Assembly (NCBI RefSeq): GCF_006345805.1
Contig: NC_043014.1
Location: forward strand, 41,788,001 to 41,852,000
DNA: 64,000 nt
Source of the DNA: Octopus sinensis
Taxonomy: Eukaryota
Reading direction: 5' to 3'
In this document: piece after piece, positions 1 through 14,112 of the stretch
Numbering within the stretch: position 1 is the stretch's first letter
Layout: each line of letters starts with the position of its first letter
Program-made: the position numbers and the translations under genes
Notes under the pieces: model-generated
The model's database searches: none
The model's input: the letters and a program-made list of their open reading frames with translations, nothing else
What the model was told of the DNA's origin: nothing

Positions 1-107
1 TATCTCTTAGATACCCCAAATTATAATTTTAATAAGAATTATTACTTTGAAGGTTTTTATTCCGATGCTGACCACCTAAGATCGATAGTTTAAATAACGA
101 TCTTATT

Positions 108-154
<47 letters not shown>

Positions 155-179
155 TATATATATATAATATATATATATA

Positions 180-652
180 CGTCGTCGTCGTAGTCGTCAT
201 CATCGTCGGTTGTCATCACTGTCATCGCCGCTGACATCCCCCTCTTCCTCCTCCCCATCATTATTCTCATCATCTTCATTTTCATTAATCATCATCAGCA
301 CCAGCAGCACCAGCAGCACCAACATTACCAGCTCTTAACCCCAGCACCACCAGCTCCACCATCATCTGCATCATCTGCAGTAGCAGGAGTATGCCCCCAC
401 CATCCACCATCTTCATCATTTTCATCGTCATCGACATCCATCATCGCCGTCGTTGTCGTCCTTTCATCACCATCGCAATCCTAAGCGTCGACATCATCAT
501 CATCATCATCATCATCTTTGCCAAAATCATTATGAAAATCGTCATCATTGTTACCTTTGTTAACATCGTCAAAATTAAATTCTTCATCATCACCATCATC
601 TTCCATCAGTATCATCATTCATGATCATCCATCATCATCATCGTCCATCAGT

Positions 653-713
<61 letters not shown>

Positions 714-735
714 ACATCATTTTCATCTTCATCAT
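180..735. repeat. Degenerate (CAT/CAC/CGT)n trinucleotide low-complexity tract
   Basis: Long runs of catcatcat with variants; explains the poly-I/H/S ORFs at 391-824. Confidence 0.9.
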
Positions 736-1403
736 CACAAGACTCAATATTTAATGTGGACACACACACTCATATATATATATATTCTTTGTATTTCCGG
801 CAGCTAAATAACTTACAAAATTAAATTTTACTTTCCTTAATATTCCCAATGTCAGAATTTTGTATAATTCTACTTCATTTTAATATTATTATAAACGAGA
901 ATGAAGCACACACACCCACACACATCCACACACACACACACACACATAAATATAAAAAAAAACTCTACACTAGGAAAATATTTTCTTAACATAAATATAT
1001 AAAAGCTTCACACTGATTTCCATTCCCGTTTCGAAATTTTTCTTTTGAAATTTTCATATTTTTATTCTTGCAATTAATTTTAATTCCATTCTCCAGTAGA
1101 CTGGGAATGCATTCATCAAATTCCAATGCAACAGGTACCAATGACAGTTCGAAGAATCTGTTGAATAAAAAAACGAGGCCGACAATGTACAGAGAAAGCA
1201 TTGATATTATTTCCATAACAGTGTGACTGTCATTGTTTCTGCTGCTTCAATTAAGCTACTAAATATGGATGTACACAGCTACGGAAAAATATATAGGCAA
1301 TGTTTAATATGTAAAATATGTCTTTACATTGGCGAACATATCCGTCATAAGTAAGTATGTGCAGATTTAGACGGAGATTGCTACCTGTCTGTCTATCTAT
1401 CTG

Positions 1404-1478
<75 letters not shown>

Positions 1479-1489
1479 GTCTATCTATT

Positions 1490-1540
<51 letters not shown>

Positions 1541-1700
1541 ATCTCTCTATCTATCTCTCTATATCTATCTATCTCTATTTATCTGTCTGTATGTGTGAGT
1601 GAGTGTGTGTTTGTTAGCTTGTAAGTATCTATGCATTATGAGTGTTATATATATATATGTAATATTTATATATACATATTACATATATATCTATGTATCA

Positions 1701-1745
<45 letters not shown>

Positions 1746-1828
1746 TATATATTTATATAATATATATTATATAGATAGATAGATAGATAGATAGATATAT
1801 ACATACATACACACACAACACTATATAG

Positions 1829-1861
<33 letters not shown>

Positions 1862-2011
1862 GTATGTATATATATGTATATGTATATACATATGATATAT
1901 GTATATGTATGAAAAACCACGCCTATATATATATATACATACATGTATGAATAAATATATGATTGCATATTATGCATATATATAAATATATGTATATGCA
2001 TACGTGTATAT

Positions 2012-2055
<44 letters not shown>

Positions 2056-2307
2056 TGGGCACGCACGCACAAAAACGCTTATATATTTATATCATATATA
2101 TATATCGATGAATGATTCGCAGTGATATCAAAATTTTGTCAATTCTTCGTTGCAAAACAGTCGGAGACTACTCTAGATAATTGAAAAGTATCAAGCCCTT
2201 AGCGAGAACGTATATAGTACTAGTCAGGGAAAGACGATTTTGCAATTTCTTGGTGAATAGCCTCCACAGGTGATTTATATAAAATGTATAAAGATATATA
2301 TTTATAG

Positions 2308-2423
2308 TTGGTTCCGGGTCCAGTCCCACTACGTGGCACTTTGGCCAAGTGTATTCTACTATATCCTTGGGCTGATCAAAGCCTTGTGAGTGGATTAGGT
2401 AGACGGAAACTGAAAGAAGTCCT

Positions 2424-2468
<45 letters not shown>

Positions 2469-2501
2469 GTGTGGTGTGTGTGGTGTGTGTGTGTGTGGTG
2501 T

Positions 2502-2533
<32 letters not shown>

Positions 2534-2775
2534 AGTGTGTGAGTGTGTGTGGTGTGTGTACGTGTGTACGTGTGTGTGTGTGTATTTGTGTGCCTGTGTT
2601 TGTCCCCCCCATCGCTTCACAGCCAATGTTTATTTAAGTCACCGCAACTCAGCGGGTTGGCAAAAAGAACTGCTAGAATAAGTACTAGGCTTAAAAAGAA
2701 GTACTGCGGTCTATTTGTTCGACTAAAACCGATGCCCCCATGACCGCAGTCAATGACTGAAACGAATTAAAAAAA
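2308..2775 (+). mobile_element. SINE family A, 5'-truncated, with internal (TA)n(TG)n tract
   Basis: ggttccgggtccagtcccact...ccaaagccttgtgagtggatt...gtgtttgtcccccc...cagtcaatgactgaaac, shared with more than 10 other copies in the window. Confidence 0.9.
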
Positions 2776-2784
2776 ACAAAGAAT

Positions 2785-2828
<44 letters not shown>

Positions 2829-3284
2829 TTATATAATTATATATATATATTTACCTACACATTAATACATACATACAATCCACATACAAATACAAACATA
2901 CATACATACATACATACATACATAAAATGTCTAATGTACACAGTATATAGTTATGAGCTACAAGTAGCTTCATACATTGGTGATGTTTTCTCTGTAGGTT
3001 TTAATGAGCGGCCTAGCGTCTCCAAGCAGTTTCGAAGCTCTGAGCACATGCTTTATGCAAGTTACAAATTAGGACAATAGAACAAGAGAAATCACGAGAT
3101 AGAAAAAACGAGTGGGTGGTGGTCACAAGATGTGGAAGGGCGGAAAAAATTAATAGCGTAAGAAAATAGAGGTGACAGAATTACACTTATGTCCGTAAAA
3201 GATTAAAGCTAGCTAGTGTAAAATCAGCGGAGTGGGTCTAAAATCTGGGATACAACAGCTCAGACCGGAGAGGGTCGTGTTCTT

Positions 3285-3600
3285 CAATTCACCAATAGAA
3301 ACTTGCTCATATGCTTGCATTAGCTGGAAATTTCATATTGGGAATACAGAACTACGGGGGAATTCTTGGATCTGAAATTGATATGAAATTTTTCAGCTAT
3401 GCATAAATTACGTTTTTTAGATCCATTACCATATGGCATGGATTTTTCAACGATTTTCCACTCGCTTGTATATGATGTAGTTGGTCTTCAAGCCGCATTA
3501 GTGGATAGCTTATTTAGTGGCTTTACTCTTTTTCCTTGTACAAGGAAGAAGTAGATAGCACAAAATCATTTGAAGCCGCCTTCGCGTAACTCGTTGTAAT
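3285..3600 (-). pseudogene. Penelope-like element GIY-YIG endonuclease C-terminal relic
   Basis: Minus strand reads WKIVEKSMPYGNGSKKRNLCIAEKFHINF...EISS*CKHMSKFLL, resembling the PLE C-terminal pattern W-K-I...C-N-L-C-x-x-E-K...C-R-H-x-x-K-F/Y-L-L; contains a stop. Confidence 0.7.
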
Positions 3601-3663
3601 TCTTCTTTTCGGTTAGTTTATCAGGTGGGTATACTGACATTAGAATTGCCTTACCTAAGCAAA

Positions 3664-3980
3664 GGCACATGGCTTAGTGGTTGGGGTATTTGCTTTGCGA
3701 ACATAAGGCCGAGAGTTCGATTCTCAGCAGTGTGTTGCACCCTTGAGGAAGACATGACAATTCACATTGTTCCAGTCCACTCAGTCAGCAAAAAGTGACT
3801 AGTAACTGCAGTTGATAGAGAGAGCCTTGTCGGATTCTATCAAACTGAATCTTCATGAGAAAAATATCATGGGTACGCGTTCTTGTAGAGTGCTCAGTTA
3901 CTAGTATGTTAATTTCACGAGCAAGCTGTTCTGGTGATCGGATCAACTAGAATGATTGACGTCGTAACCGAAGGAGTGCC
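3664..3980 (+). mobile_element. Old SINE with C-type head and D-type tail
   Basis: A box tggcttagtgg, B box gagttcgattct, ccagtccactcag core, tail ttaatttcacgagcaagctgttc...gtcgtaaccgaaggagtg; same architecture as 40684-41005. Confidence 0.75.
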
Positions 3981-3994
3981 TATCTATCTGTCTG

Positions 3995-4030
<36 letters not shown>

Positions 4031-4047
4031 CCTATCTACCTATCTAC

Positions 4048-4113
<66 letters not shown>

Positions 4114-4310
4114 ATCTATCTATCTATCTATATATCTATCTATCTATCTATTAATATATATATATACATACCTACATAGATATCCAGTTATGACATACAC
4201 GTGTATGTCTCTCTCAATATATATATATATATATTATATTATATTTTATATATGTATATATACATTTATTCATACATATATATGTATATTATATTTTATA
4301 TATACATTTA

Positions 4311-4348
<38 letters not shown>

Positions 4349-4350
<2 letters not shown>

Positions 4351-4819
4351 CATAGAAGTAAATATATGGCACAACGAAGTACCGATATTTACTGGAAATA
4401 GCGAACGTAATAATACGACGCTAATATATAGCTTCACCGCGTATGTACTAGCAAAAACGCGTCACCGTTCTCGTTCTGTTAGCGTTTTGGCGTTTCAGTC
4501 GAGTGTAATGGCATTAATGTGGTAACATCTGAAATGTTGTCGTGGTATATGTTTGGCTGATGAAGATAGATCAAGTATATGTGTGGAGGCATATCTTGAA
4601 AAATCTGAAACCGGCTCCGGTCCCACATTATCCTTTTCTAGGTATTTCATCTTTCAGATGTTCTCCCTGGAGGTAAGACAATTTTTTTCAAGTTTGTTGC
4701 ACTCACGCATTTTGCTATTGGTACATACGCGGTGAAGCTATACATTAGCGTCGTATTATTCGTTCGCTATTTCCAGTAAATATCGGTACTTCGTTGTGCC
4801 ATATATTTACTTCTATGTA
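4349..4819. mobile_element. Foldback/MITE-like element with ~100-bp terminal inverted repeats in TA context
   Basis: 4349-4448 (tacatagaagtaaatatatggcacaacgaagtacc...cttcaccgcgtatgtac) is near-perfectly complementary to 4721-4819. Confidence 0.85.
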
Positions 4820-4893
4820 TAATTTTCCCTCGCGGGTTATTCTTTACTGGAAGGCAATACTCTCGTATTGCATTACTAATATATCTATATATA

Positions 4894-4977
<84 letters not shown>

Positions 4978-5138
4978 ATTGATATATAGATAGATAGATA
5001 AATAGATAGATATAGGCATACTCAAGTAGGCGCGTGAGTGATTGTGCATTGTACGTGTTTGCGTTTAAACACATTGCGATGTATTGTACGTAGCCTTGAT
5101 TACTCCTTTGAGTATATCAACGTACATACATACATATA

Positions 5139-5226
<88 letters not shown>

Positions 5227-5287
5227 CATATATACACACACATATATATGTTTATATATATATACACTATACACACATATATATATG

Positions 5288-5370
<83 letters not shown>

Positions 5371-5964
5371 TGTATTCCTGAATTGCAAAATAATGTTCTT
5401 CTATTAACATGTATCCGAATATGTAATTGAAGATGTATATGGTGTTATTGAAAAAAATATATGTATATATATATAAAGAAATACATATAAAAAAAAACAT
5501 CCCGGAAAAAATCTGGCAACCATCGTACTATTCATAGTTATCAGCGTTGTTGTATAATACTGGAAATTACTTTCTTTTGCTTGTCTAACTTGCAAATATG
5601 ATTGATGGTAACAGAACTGTCTAAAGACAGCCAACAGTTCTTACTCCTACATTCTAATTTCGTGAAATCTCCAAAAAGTCCTTTGCTTCTACTTCAGGGG
5701 ATGATTTTTCAATAAATATCGTTTTATCTGTTTATTATCTATTACATTCTTACTTCTTTATTTATTTTTTTTTTGTTTTTTTTTTATTAACTCGGTTTTA
5801 TTTCTTTTCTCGAACATATCTAATTCACTTGCTTACTTTCATAATATATGTTTTTTTTTTCTGTTTGTCCCTTTTTTTTCTGATTTAGTATTTTGTTTTA
5901 GTTCGCCTTTTCTTTCCTGTTCGTCTGTCTTCTTGTTTGTCTTTTTGTACCCCTGTCCATTTAT

Positions 5965-6026
<62 letters not shown>

Positions 6027-6437
6027 TCTCCACTCTCGCCTTCACTGTCATGCTTTCCGTCACTGTCATTATCTTTCACTGTCACTCTCCCTCCCTGTTT
6101 CTAACTCTATTTTTCTCTCCCCTATCTCTCTCAATCTCTATCTCTTAATCTTATCATTCTTTCTCTCTTCAATTGTTTCATTCACAATTCATTGTTTTAC
6201 TTCTGCATCTTTTTACTCCTCACTTTATTACTTTAATTTTTTTTAATGACTTTTCTTTTTTCAGTTTCCACCAGTTTTCAAATAATATGAGCAAATAAAA
6301 AAAAAATCCCGTATCAATTGAAACCAATTATACTAATTTGTTTCGAGATTTGAATAAATTTGCTTTAATTGGTGACCTTTCCTGATATCATCATCCTCAT
6401 GAAGAAGGCATTTAACAGAAATGTATACTAACAGCAT

Positions 6438-6655
6438 GAGCGGTTGTTGTGTTGTGACCCCCTTCGGTTATGAATGACCATGGGATTGCACCTAGAAAGT
6501 CACCCTCCGAGGCACAAGTCTGGGCAAGGTTGTTTATGGAAGACCAGCAGTCGCCCACGCATACCAACCTCCCCTCTCCACACCACTGATGTTATCCAAG
6601 GGAAAGGCAAAGGCCGATACAGCTTGGCACCAGTGACGTCGCAGCTCATTTATTA
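6438..6655 (-). mobile_element. SINE tail module E (RTE-like 3' tail), fused to a D-family SINE
   Basis: gggattgcacctagaaag...ggccgatacagcttggcaccagtgacgtcgcagctcattt abuts the D body at ttaacgtgcaagtggctgagc. The RTE assignment is inference. Confidence 0.55.
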
Positions 6656-7085
6656 ACGTGCAAGTGGCTGAGCACTCCACAGACACGTGTACCCTTAACA
6701 TAGTTCTCGTTGAGATTCAGCATGAGACAGAGTGTGACAAGGCTGGCCCTTTGAAATACAGGTACAACAGAAACAGGAAGAAAGAGTGAGAGAAAGTTGT
6801 GGTAAAAGAGTGAGAGAAAGTTGTGGTAAAAGAGTGAGAGAAAGTTGTGGTAAAAGAGTGAGAGAAAGTTGTGGTAAAAGAGTGAGAGAAACTTGTGGTA
6901 AAAGAGTGAGAGAAAGTTGTGGCGAAAGAGTACTGCAGTGTTCACTACCCTACCCTGCCGGAGCCTCCTGGAGCGTTAGGTGTTTTCACTCAATAAACAT
7001 TCACAATGCCAGGTCTGGGAATCGAAACCACGATACTACGACCGCGAGTCTGCTGCCCTAACAGCCGGGCCATTGCCCCTCCACA
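6652..7085 (-). mobile_element. SINE family D with internal 24-bp minisatellite (6 copies, 6781-6924)
   Basis: Minus-strand tRNA-like head with A and B boxes; unit aaagagtgagagaaagttgtggta x6. Confidence 0.9.
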
Positions 7086-8183
7086 ACAGCATGAGTCGTA
7101 CTACCACAATAAAAGAATATTTTGGGACGGGACATAGTGATAAGGTACGGATTGTTGCTGTTCACTGCAGAGTCGCAGTAAGATAACGTATACTTCAGAC
7201 ATGCTTATGCATATTCTTTTTGAGTTTAAGGAGTCATAATGCCGGCTATTCGGTTTCCATTGCCTGCTATTGATCATGATTACAATTTCCCTAAATAGAA
7301 CGCCTGTTCCACGCAGTTTCCAGGGGCAGCAATTTTAGAGGATCCAAGCGAGTTATAATGACTCTGGTACTTGCCTGGTACTTTAATTTGTCGGAATCCA
7401 ATGGATGATATGCGAAGTTGACTTGCCAGCTTTTGAACTTAGAAAGTAAAGGACCAGAAGAAATCTGCGCAATATTTTCACCGAGGTGTTAATGATTGTG
7501 CTATTCCTCCGCCTTATCTTATGCATATTTATTGTAGATAAATTATGTACGTTATTTTCTAGATCATTAGTTTATAATACAGAAACCTCTAGGAAGCCTT
7601 TGTGAGCTTACAAGATGACAAACCTGAAAGAAATTCCAAACTGAATATTTAGAAGTGTCGAGGTTTTCTTATAACTAAAATATTTTAATCAGATACAATA
7701 TCTATGTTTATTAAACACATTTTCAAAAGCCTTCGTTGGGATAAGTTTATGAATAAAACAGTATGTCATCAGTTAGCAGAAATCATAACTGAAGATGCGT
7801 CAAAGCTCTATGGAAATCTTCGCCTTCCTTTGTTATTTACATAACAATTTAACAGAGTGGAGGATTTTCCTATACAATAGATGCGTGGTGGATGGACGGG
7901 CAATGAACGACTGCACAAAATTCGTGCCTGTTCGATATATATAATCTGCCGTTTTTAATTATTTATTTTCTTAAAAGTGAAGATGATTTTATAATATGCT
8001 ATCCCAGAGAACGGGCGCTGAGGTACAAAATTCTGAGAACCTCTGTTGTTGATAGTCAAGTATGTGCCTTGCAGTGTAAAAGAGAGAAACGTGTATCTTA
8101 TCCTGTAAATACTAGATATAATGTAAAGAATTGTAAAAAATCTGTAACATTTTAAACAGGTTTCTTTAATTTACAAGAAAAAT

Positions 8184-8526
8184 CGGATCTTTTCACTTTG
8201 ACCGGCAGATTTTAAACATAACTTCTTTGTAAGTAAACACCTTTAAACTTCGTATACTGGTAGAATGTGTCACATAAAACATCTTTTTCTCTTGGCGTTC
8301 TTGAGAAAAGTCTGTAGTTTGGAAGCTATTTCTTGTTTAATTTCTCGTATTTCTGCAATTTCAACCAATCAATGACGTCTATTTAGGTGAATACAATTAC
8401 TGCTGTTGTTTGTCAACAAGTTCAACAACAACTTCCGGCGGTGTCTATTTAGTTTGTCACTGTTATTTATGATATATTTCATATCAATTACTTTTTGAAA
8501 TCTGCCAATCAAAGTGAAAAGATCCG
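8184..8526. mobile_element. Unclassified MITE (family M) with ~29-bp TIRs starting CGGATCTTTTC
   Basis: cggatcttttcactttgaccggcagattt at 8184 versus aaatctgccaatcaaagtgaaaagatccg ending 8526; body homologous to 33471-33894, 50612-50997 and 51263-51677. Confidence 0.8.
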
Positions 8527-8546
8527 AAAAAATCTACCAGTTATTT

Positions 8547-8708
8547 TTAACTGTAGATGCAAAGTAGACCCAAATCATTGTGAATTACTGTTTTAGGGTG
8601 AAAGAAGTCAAGTTCTAATCCCTACACTGTAGAGATTCCAACTTGATTTCTCTTACCCTAAAACAATAGTCAATAATGATTTGGATATACTTTGCATCAA
8701 AGGTTAAA
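8547..8708. mobile_element. Small foldback MITE bounded by TTAA (piggyBac-like ends)
   Basis: ~70-bp degenerate inverted arms (gatgcaaagtagacccaaatcatt...ttttagggt / accctaaaa...aatgatttggatatactttgcatc), with TTAA at both ends. Confidence 0.6.
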
Positions 8709-9626
8709 ATAATTGGAAGATTTTTCATGGAGAATTAAAGAAACCTGTTTAAAATGTTGCAAATTCTTTACAAAATAAAATTTGTTGCTTTTCTTATTTT
8801 TGGCAATGGCAGCGGTTCGGACAAATATTTTGCAGTATTCCTTCCAGCTTTTTAAAATCTTGCCGAGTTAACTTTACATTGTATCCTTTAAAGGTCGATA
8901 AAAAATATAGCAGACAAGTTTGATATTGACACTATGAACTCAAAATTTTTTGACTTGTCTTTAAGTAAGGAATCATTAACCATGCTTGTGTATAACACAA
9001 TTATAAATACTATCTTTCTCCAACATGCTTAGGCATTACCATAGATGTTTTTAAAGCATTGCTTTACACGTAGGACCTCTGCCGGTCAGGTTTACCATAT
9101 AAATTGAGCTGCACATTTCTTATGCACACCTGATTTAGATTTGTTTTGATTTAGATTGTCTAACAAATGTATAGAAATACTCGATCCGAGATTCACCAAT
9201 ATTTATCACAGTGCTTTTTTTTTTTTTCAACCGGGGTCAATAGGGTCCCAGAGTGTCCATATAAGATTTTTGGGGTCCACACAATAAAATAGTAAATTGG
9301 TGATCGGCAATACTTTTTTAAGGGCCCCTGGACAATTTTTCCTCAGGTGCATACCACCACATGAAAATCATGGGTTTATATCCTGATGTTTGTCGTGTTT
9401 TTTTAGAAATCACTTTATCTCTATTCAGACTATTCCGCACTGGTTTTACTTGGAAACAATCTTTACGTTCAATTTCCTGTGTCGTTTCTTAATTTAAGTA
9501 TCCTTTCACATTCTTCAGACGCTTTTTGCAGAGTTACATCCTGGTTTTACTTCAACTTGTGTGTGTGTGTGTGTGTATGTGAGTGTGTGCGTGTGTGTCT
9601 GCGTGTGTGTGCGTGTGTGTGTTCGT

Positions 9627-9835
9627 GTGTCTGTGTTTGTCCCCCCCACCATCGCTTGACAATCGATGTTGGTGTGTTTATGTCCCTGTAACTTAGCGGT
9701 TCAGCAAAAGAGCCCGATTGAATAACTACTAGCCTTACAAAAGAATAAGTCCTGGGATCCATTTTTTCGACTAAAGGCGATGTTCCAACATGGCCGTAGT
9801 CAAATAACTGAAACATATAAAAGAATAAAAGATCA
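9627..9835 (+). mobile_element. SINE A, 3' half
   Basis: gtgtctgtgtttgtccccccc...cgactaaaggcgatgttccaacatggccgtagtcaaataactgaaac. Confidence 0.85.
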
Positions 9836-10266
9836 AAAGAATATAGGTTATAAATTACACTAGAACAAATGAACTGGACTATTTAATATCTTCACTGAAG
9901 CTGCGCAAACGGACCCATAAAACTGGGTACTGTTTTTTCTTAGAATATAACTTTGTATCTTTGCTGCAGGCAGCCTGATAATAATAAATACTAGATGTGA
10001 TTCTTATCTGCATAGCAGTGATGTGCACATGTGTACGTATCTGCACATGATATACTTCAAATAGTCTTAACTACACGCAGACACACAGATACACAGGCAA
10101 GTGCATTCGTGCCCACGCAGATATGTGTCTGTAAGATAAATATATTCCATTCCCCCTCTCTCTCACTTTCCCTCACTCTCATTCTCTCCCCCTCTCTATC
10201 AATATTTTTAGACCTAGCTCTTTCCCTATCTCTTACTCCATGTCTAGGCATATCCATATGTTGTTT

Positions 10267-10302
<36 letters not shown>

Positions 10303-10467
10303 ATGTGTGTATGTGTGTGTATGTGTGTGGAAGAGAGTGGGGGGGAGATCAAAGATGTAATGGAATTCTCGAAGAGTACGAAGTTGCTAGGTAAATCAGG
10401 AAGGAATTGGTGGCGGTAGAATATCAAGAAAATGGACGAAGGAAAATGGCGACTCGGAAGTAGTTAC

Positions 10468-10555
<88 letters not shown>

Positions 10556-11173
10556 CAGAGAGAGAGAGACTGAGACCAATAGATACATACATACATACAT
10601 ACATACATACATACATACATACATACATACATACATACATACATACATAGAGAGAAATCAATGCTTTTACTCTATGCTTTCTCTAGGATGATCGCACTGC
10701 CTTCAGCGCTCGATATATGTATCGAGTAATGATAATACAGAGGCAACGAAATAGGGAAAGAAATATAAGCAAATGAAGAGTTTCATATGACGTAAGGAGC
10801 TGGAGATTACAGAAGATGGAATGGGTCAGAAATTTAATAGGAAAAATCTATCTTGAATATAATGTAAGTATTAGAATAAAGGCGAAATATTTTGAGAGGG
10901 AATTAATGATAAAACGTCGAAACATGGGGTCAGAAGGGGACGAAGAAAGAGAGAGAGGGAGAGGGAGAGAGACAGACAGAGGAAGAGAGATTAAGAGAAA
11001 CTGGTATATGAAACACAGGTACCAAAAGAGCGTCAAGGGAAGAACTAGAATTAGAGTAAGAACTAGCGTGGGAAAGAGTAACAGCGAAAGAAGCGATAAA
11101 GCGACAGAAGCATGCTGCCAAAACGGAACAAAATTACACTCAGAGAAAATACTTGATAGCAACTGTGTGTGTA

Positions 11174-11209
<36 letters not shown>

Positions 11210-12698
11210 TACCTATGTTATCAAGTATATGGGCAATCACAGTTTGTATTAGGATAAGTGTTACAAAGATTGATTTTCTTGCTTTTAATATTCATCTCGT
11301 AAAAGATCTTAAGCGAAAGCTAGTCTGATTCAGCCACGGAATTGCTTTTCACAACGAATCAAGCGGCCATCTTAACTCTATTTGTTTCTCCATCAGACGT
11401 CATTTCCTTCAAGTGTCCCGTTCTTAATCCTTCGTCTTCTTGGCCTATTTAGAAATAAATTAACGTTAGATTCCAGCAAAACCTCTTCTCCCGTAATTCA
11501 GCACATGACTTCGGCTTTATCAAATGTACATTTTTGGTTATTTTACAATATATTCCAATTCCAGTTTAAAGGATGAATTGAATGGGATGGAAATAAGCAA
11601 ATGATGAAACTAAAATGGAAAGAGTTTAGCATGAATGGAAAATGTGATTGAGTGAAGATGACTGATATACAAATCTTACAGAGCTAAACCTTGTACTATA
11701 TGCCCGGTATCGACTACACACCCGATGCAAATGACAATACTAGTGTTAATGATGTTAGTCATTATTTAATGAAGATTCCGATGAAAGAAATTATAAGTTC
11801 TTGTTGGCATGTGTTCGTTTACATTTGTGTCTTGTGTGTAGGAATCTGTGAATGTATTCACATGTGCGTGTATATGTGTGTATTGTTTTTATGTAGTGTA
11901 CATAGGTTACTATTATTTGTAATCGCTGCCAGTTCTTATGGATCTGTCGAAGAAAGTCAACCGAAGAGGAGCGAAATGAAAAAGGAAATGACCAGTTATT
12001 GGTTATCGTTGTCAGAACGATTTGGATGTAATTGTAACTGTCATCTGAGATTCTTGTAGAGGTAATTCCAATGGAAGAGGTGGGGGTGAGTGATAGATGC
12101 TTATTACAGACGTGAAGACCAGATTCCATGACAGTGATAAGGTTGTAGAAATAGCGAATATTCTGATAATTAGGACCGTTCGCTAGAAATAGCCATTATT
12201 GATGTTATATTGAAAATTTCTTATCAAGCCACGGCAGTTAACAAGATGATAAGTAATGATGATGAGGTTGTAATGTTGGAGCGGATAGACGGATAAAACG
12301 CGGAAGTGTGACAGTAAGCATGTCAGAAATGTTTCAGGGTAGGAATAAGTTTCGAAGCAAAAATTAAAGATAAGGTTCAGTGATGGAAATTGAGATGGAG
12401 AATTAGGGTTAGCTGAAATGCGTCACTCTGTGCGCGTGTAGAAGTGTGTGTGTGTTTGTGTTTATCTTTTTACTTGCTTCAGTTATACGACTGGGAATAT
12501 GCTGGGGCACCGAATTAAAGTGTTTTGTCGAATATATCAAGGCAAGTACTTATTCATTTTTGAAACTCGCACTTAACTTTTCGATATATTTTGCCGAACT
12601 TATAAGTTAGGAGGCAAATACAAATCAAGACTGGTTGCCAAGTGGTATAGGAGTAAACAAAAACAAAATTAAAAAAACATATACGCAGCTACAAACGC

Positions 12699-12915
12699 AA
12701 GCCAGTCACCAGATGTGAACCCTATTCAACACATCTGGGACGTAATAGACAGGACACTTCATAAAAACAACAACAAAGAATCTTCAAAGCCAGATCTTTT
12801 GAGATTATTGTATGAAACTTGGCAAGAAATTCCTCAAGAGAATATTCGTCATCTGATCAGTAACATACCTAGTAGGGTCCTTGCATTGAAGAAAGGAAAA
12901 GAGCACGTCTACTAA
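12699..12915 (+). pseudogene. Tc1-family transposase C-terminal fragment
   Basis: SQSPDVNPIQHIWD matches the Tc1 motif SPDLNPIENxW, followed by W-x-x-IP and ISNIPSRVLALKK. Confidence 0.75.
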
Positions 12916-13071
12916 ATATCAGATATTCACATTAATAAATAAATTGAATCTATAGTTCTAAATTTAAATAAATTTTAATGATTATAAGTTGTCTATTTAC
13001 TCCTGCCATGTGTGTGAGTGTGAATACATATATACATATATATGTGTGTATGCATATATATATAATGTATA

Positions 13072-13321
13072 CTCTTTACTCTTGAACTTTTACTTGTTTA
13101 AGTCATTTGATTGTGGCCATGCTGGAGCGCCGCCTTTAGTCGAGCAAATCGACACCTGAACTCATTCTTTGTAAGCCTAGTACTTATTCTATCGGTCTCT
13201 TTTGCCGAACCGTTATGTTACGGGGACGTAAACACACCAGCCTCGGATGTCAAGCGATGTTGGGGGACAAACACAGACACACAGACACATACATACACAC
13301 ATACATACATACATACATACA

Positions 13322-13357
<36 letters not shown>

Positions 13358-13530
13358 TATATACATATATACGACGGTCTTCTTTCAGTTTCCCCCTACC
13401 AAATCCACTCACAAGGCTTTCGTCGGCTCGAGGCTATAGTAGAAGACACTTGCCCAAGGTGCCACGCAGTGGCACTGAACCCGGAACCTTGTGGTTCGTA
13501 AGCAAGCTACTTACCACACAGCCACTCCTA
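13072..13530 (-). mobile_element. SINE A, full length
   Basis: Complete head (gccactcct, ttaccacaca) through tail (ctctttactcttgaacttttacttgttt) on the minus strand. Confidence 0.92.
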
Positions 13531-13534
13531 TATA

Positions 13535-13622
<88 letters not shown>

Positions 13623-13649
13623 CATATGTATATACATACTATATACAAA

Positions 13650-13749
13650 NNNNNNNNNNNNNNNNNNNNNNNNNNNNNNNNNNNNNNNNNNNNNNNNNNN
13701 NNNNNNNNNNNNNNNNNNNNNNNNNNNNNNNNNNNNNNNNNNNNNNNNN
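13650..13749. other. Assembly gap (100 N)
   Basis: Run of n; adjacent to a long TA microsatellite. Confidence 1.
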
Positions 13750-14025
13750 ATTCGTATATAATTAGCTTATTTATATCACTATTTCTCGCTGAATCCCGAG
13801 CGATCTCTCACGAACCTCTTAGGTTTCAGTACGGGCTGGTTGGGAGACGCTGCTTTAGACATTACGGGGTGGATGTTTATCTATAGTCTTCGCTGGGGTG
13901 GACGTTTATCTACATATACGTTCATTATTAGTTTACAAAACACACTTTAAGACATTCTCAGAGCAAGCCAAATACACACACGGGTAGGTGGCATAATATA
14001 TATATATGTATATGTATATTATACA

Positions 14026-14112
<87 letters not shown>

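Noticed and set aside
6781-6924. CRISPR-like arrays (also 29855-30229 and 27776-28378)
   Set aside because: Contiguous tandem units with no unique spacers, in a eukaryotic context with no cas genes.
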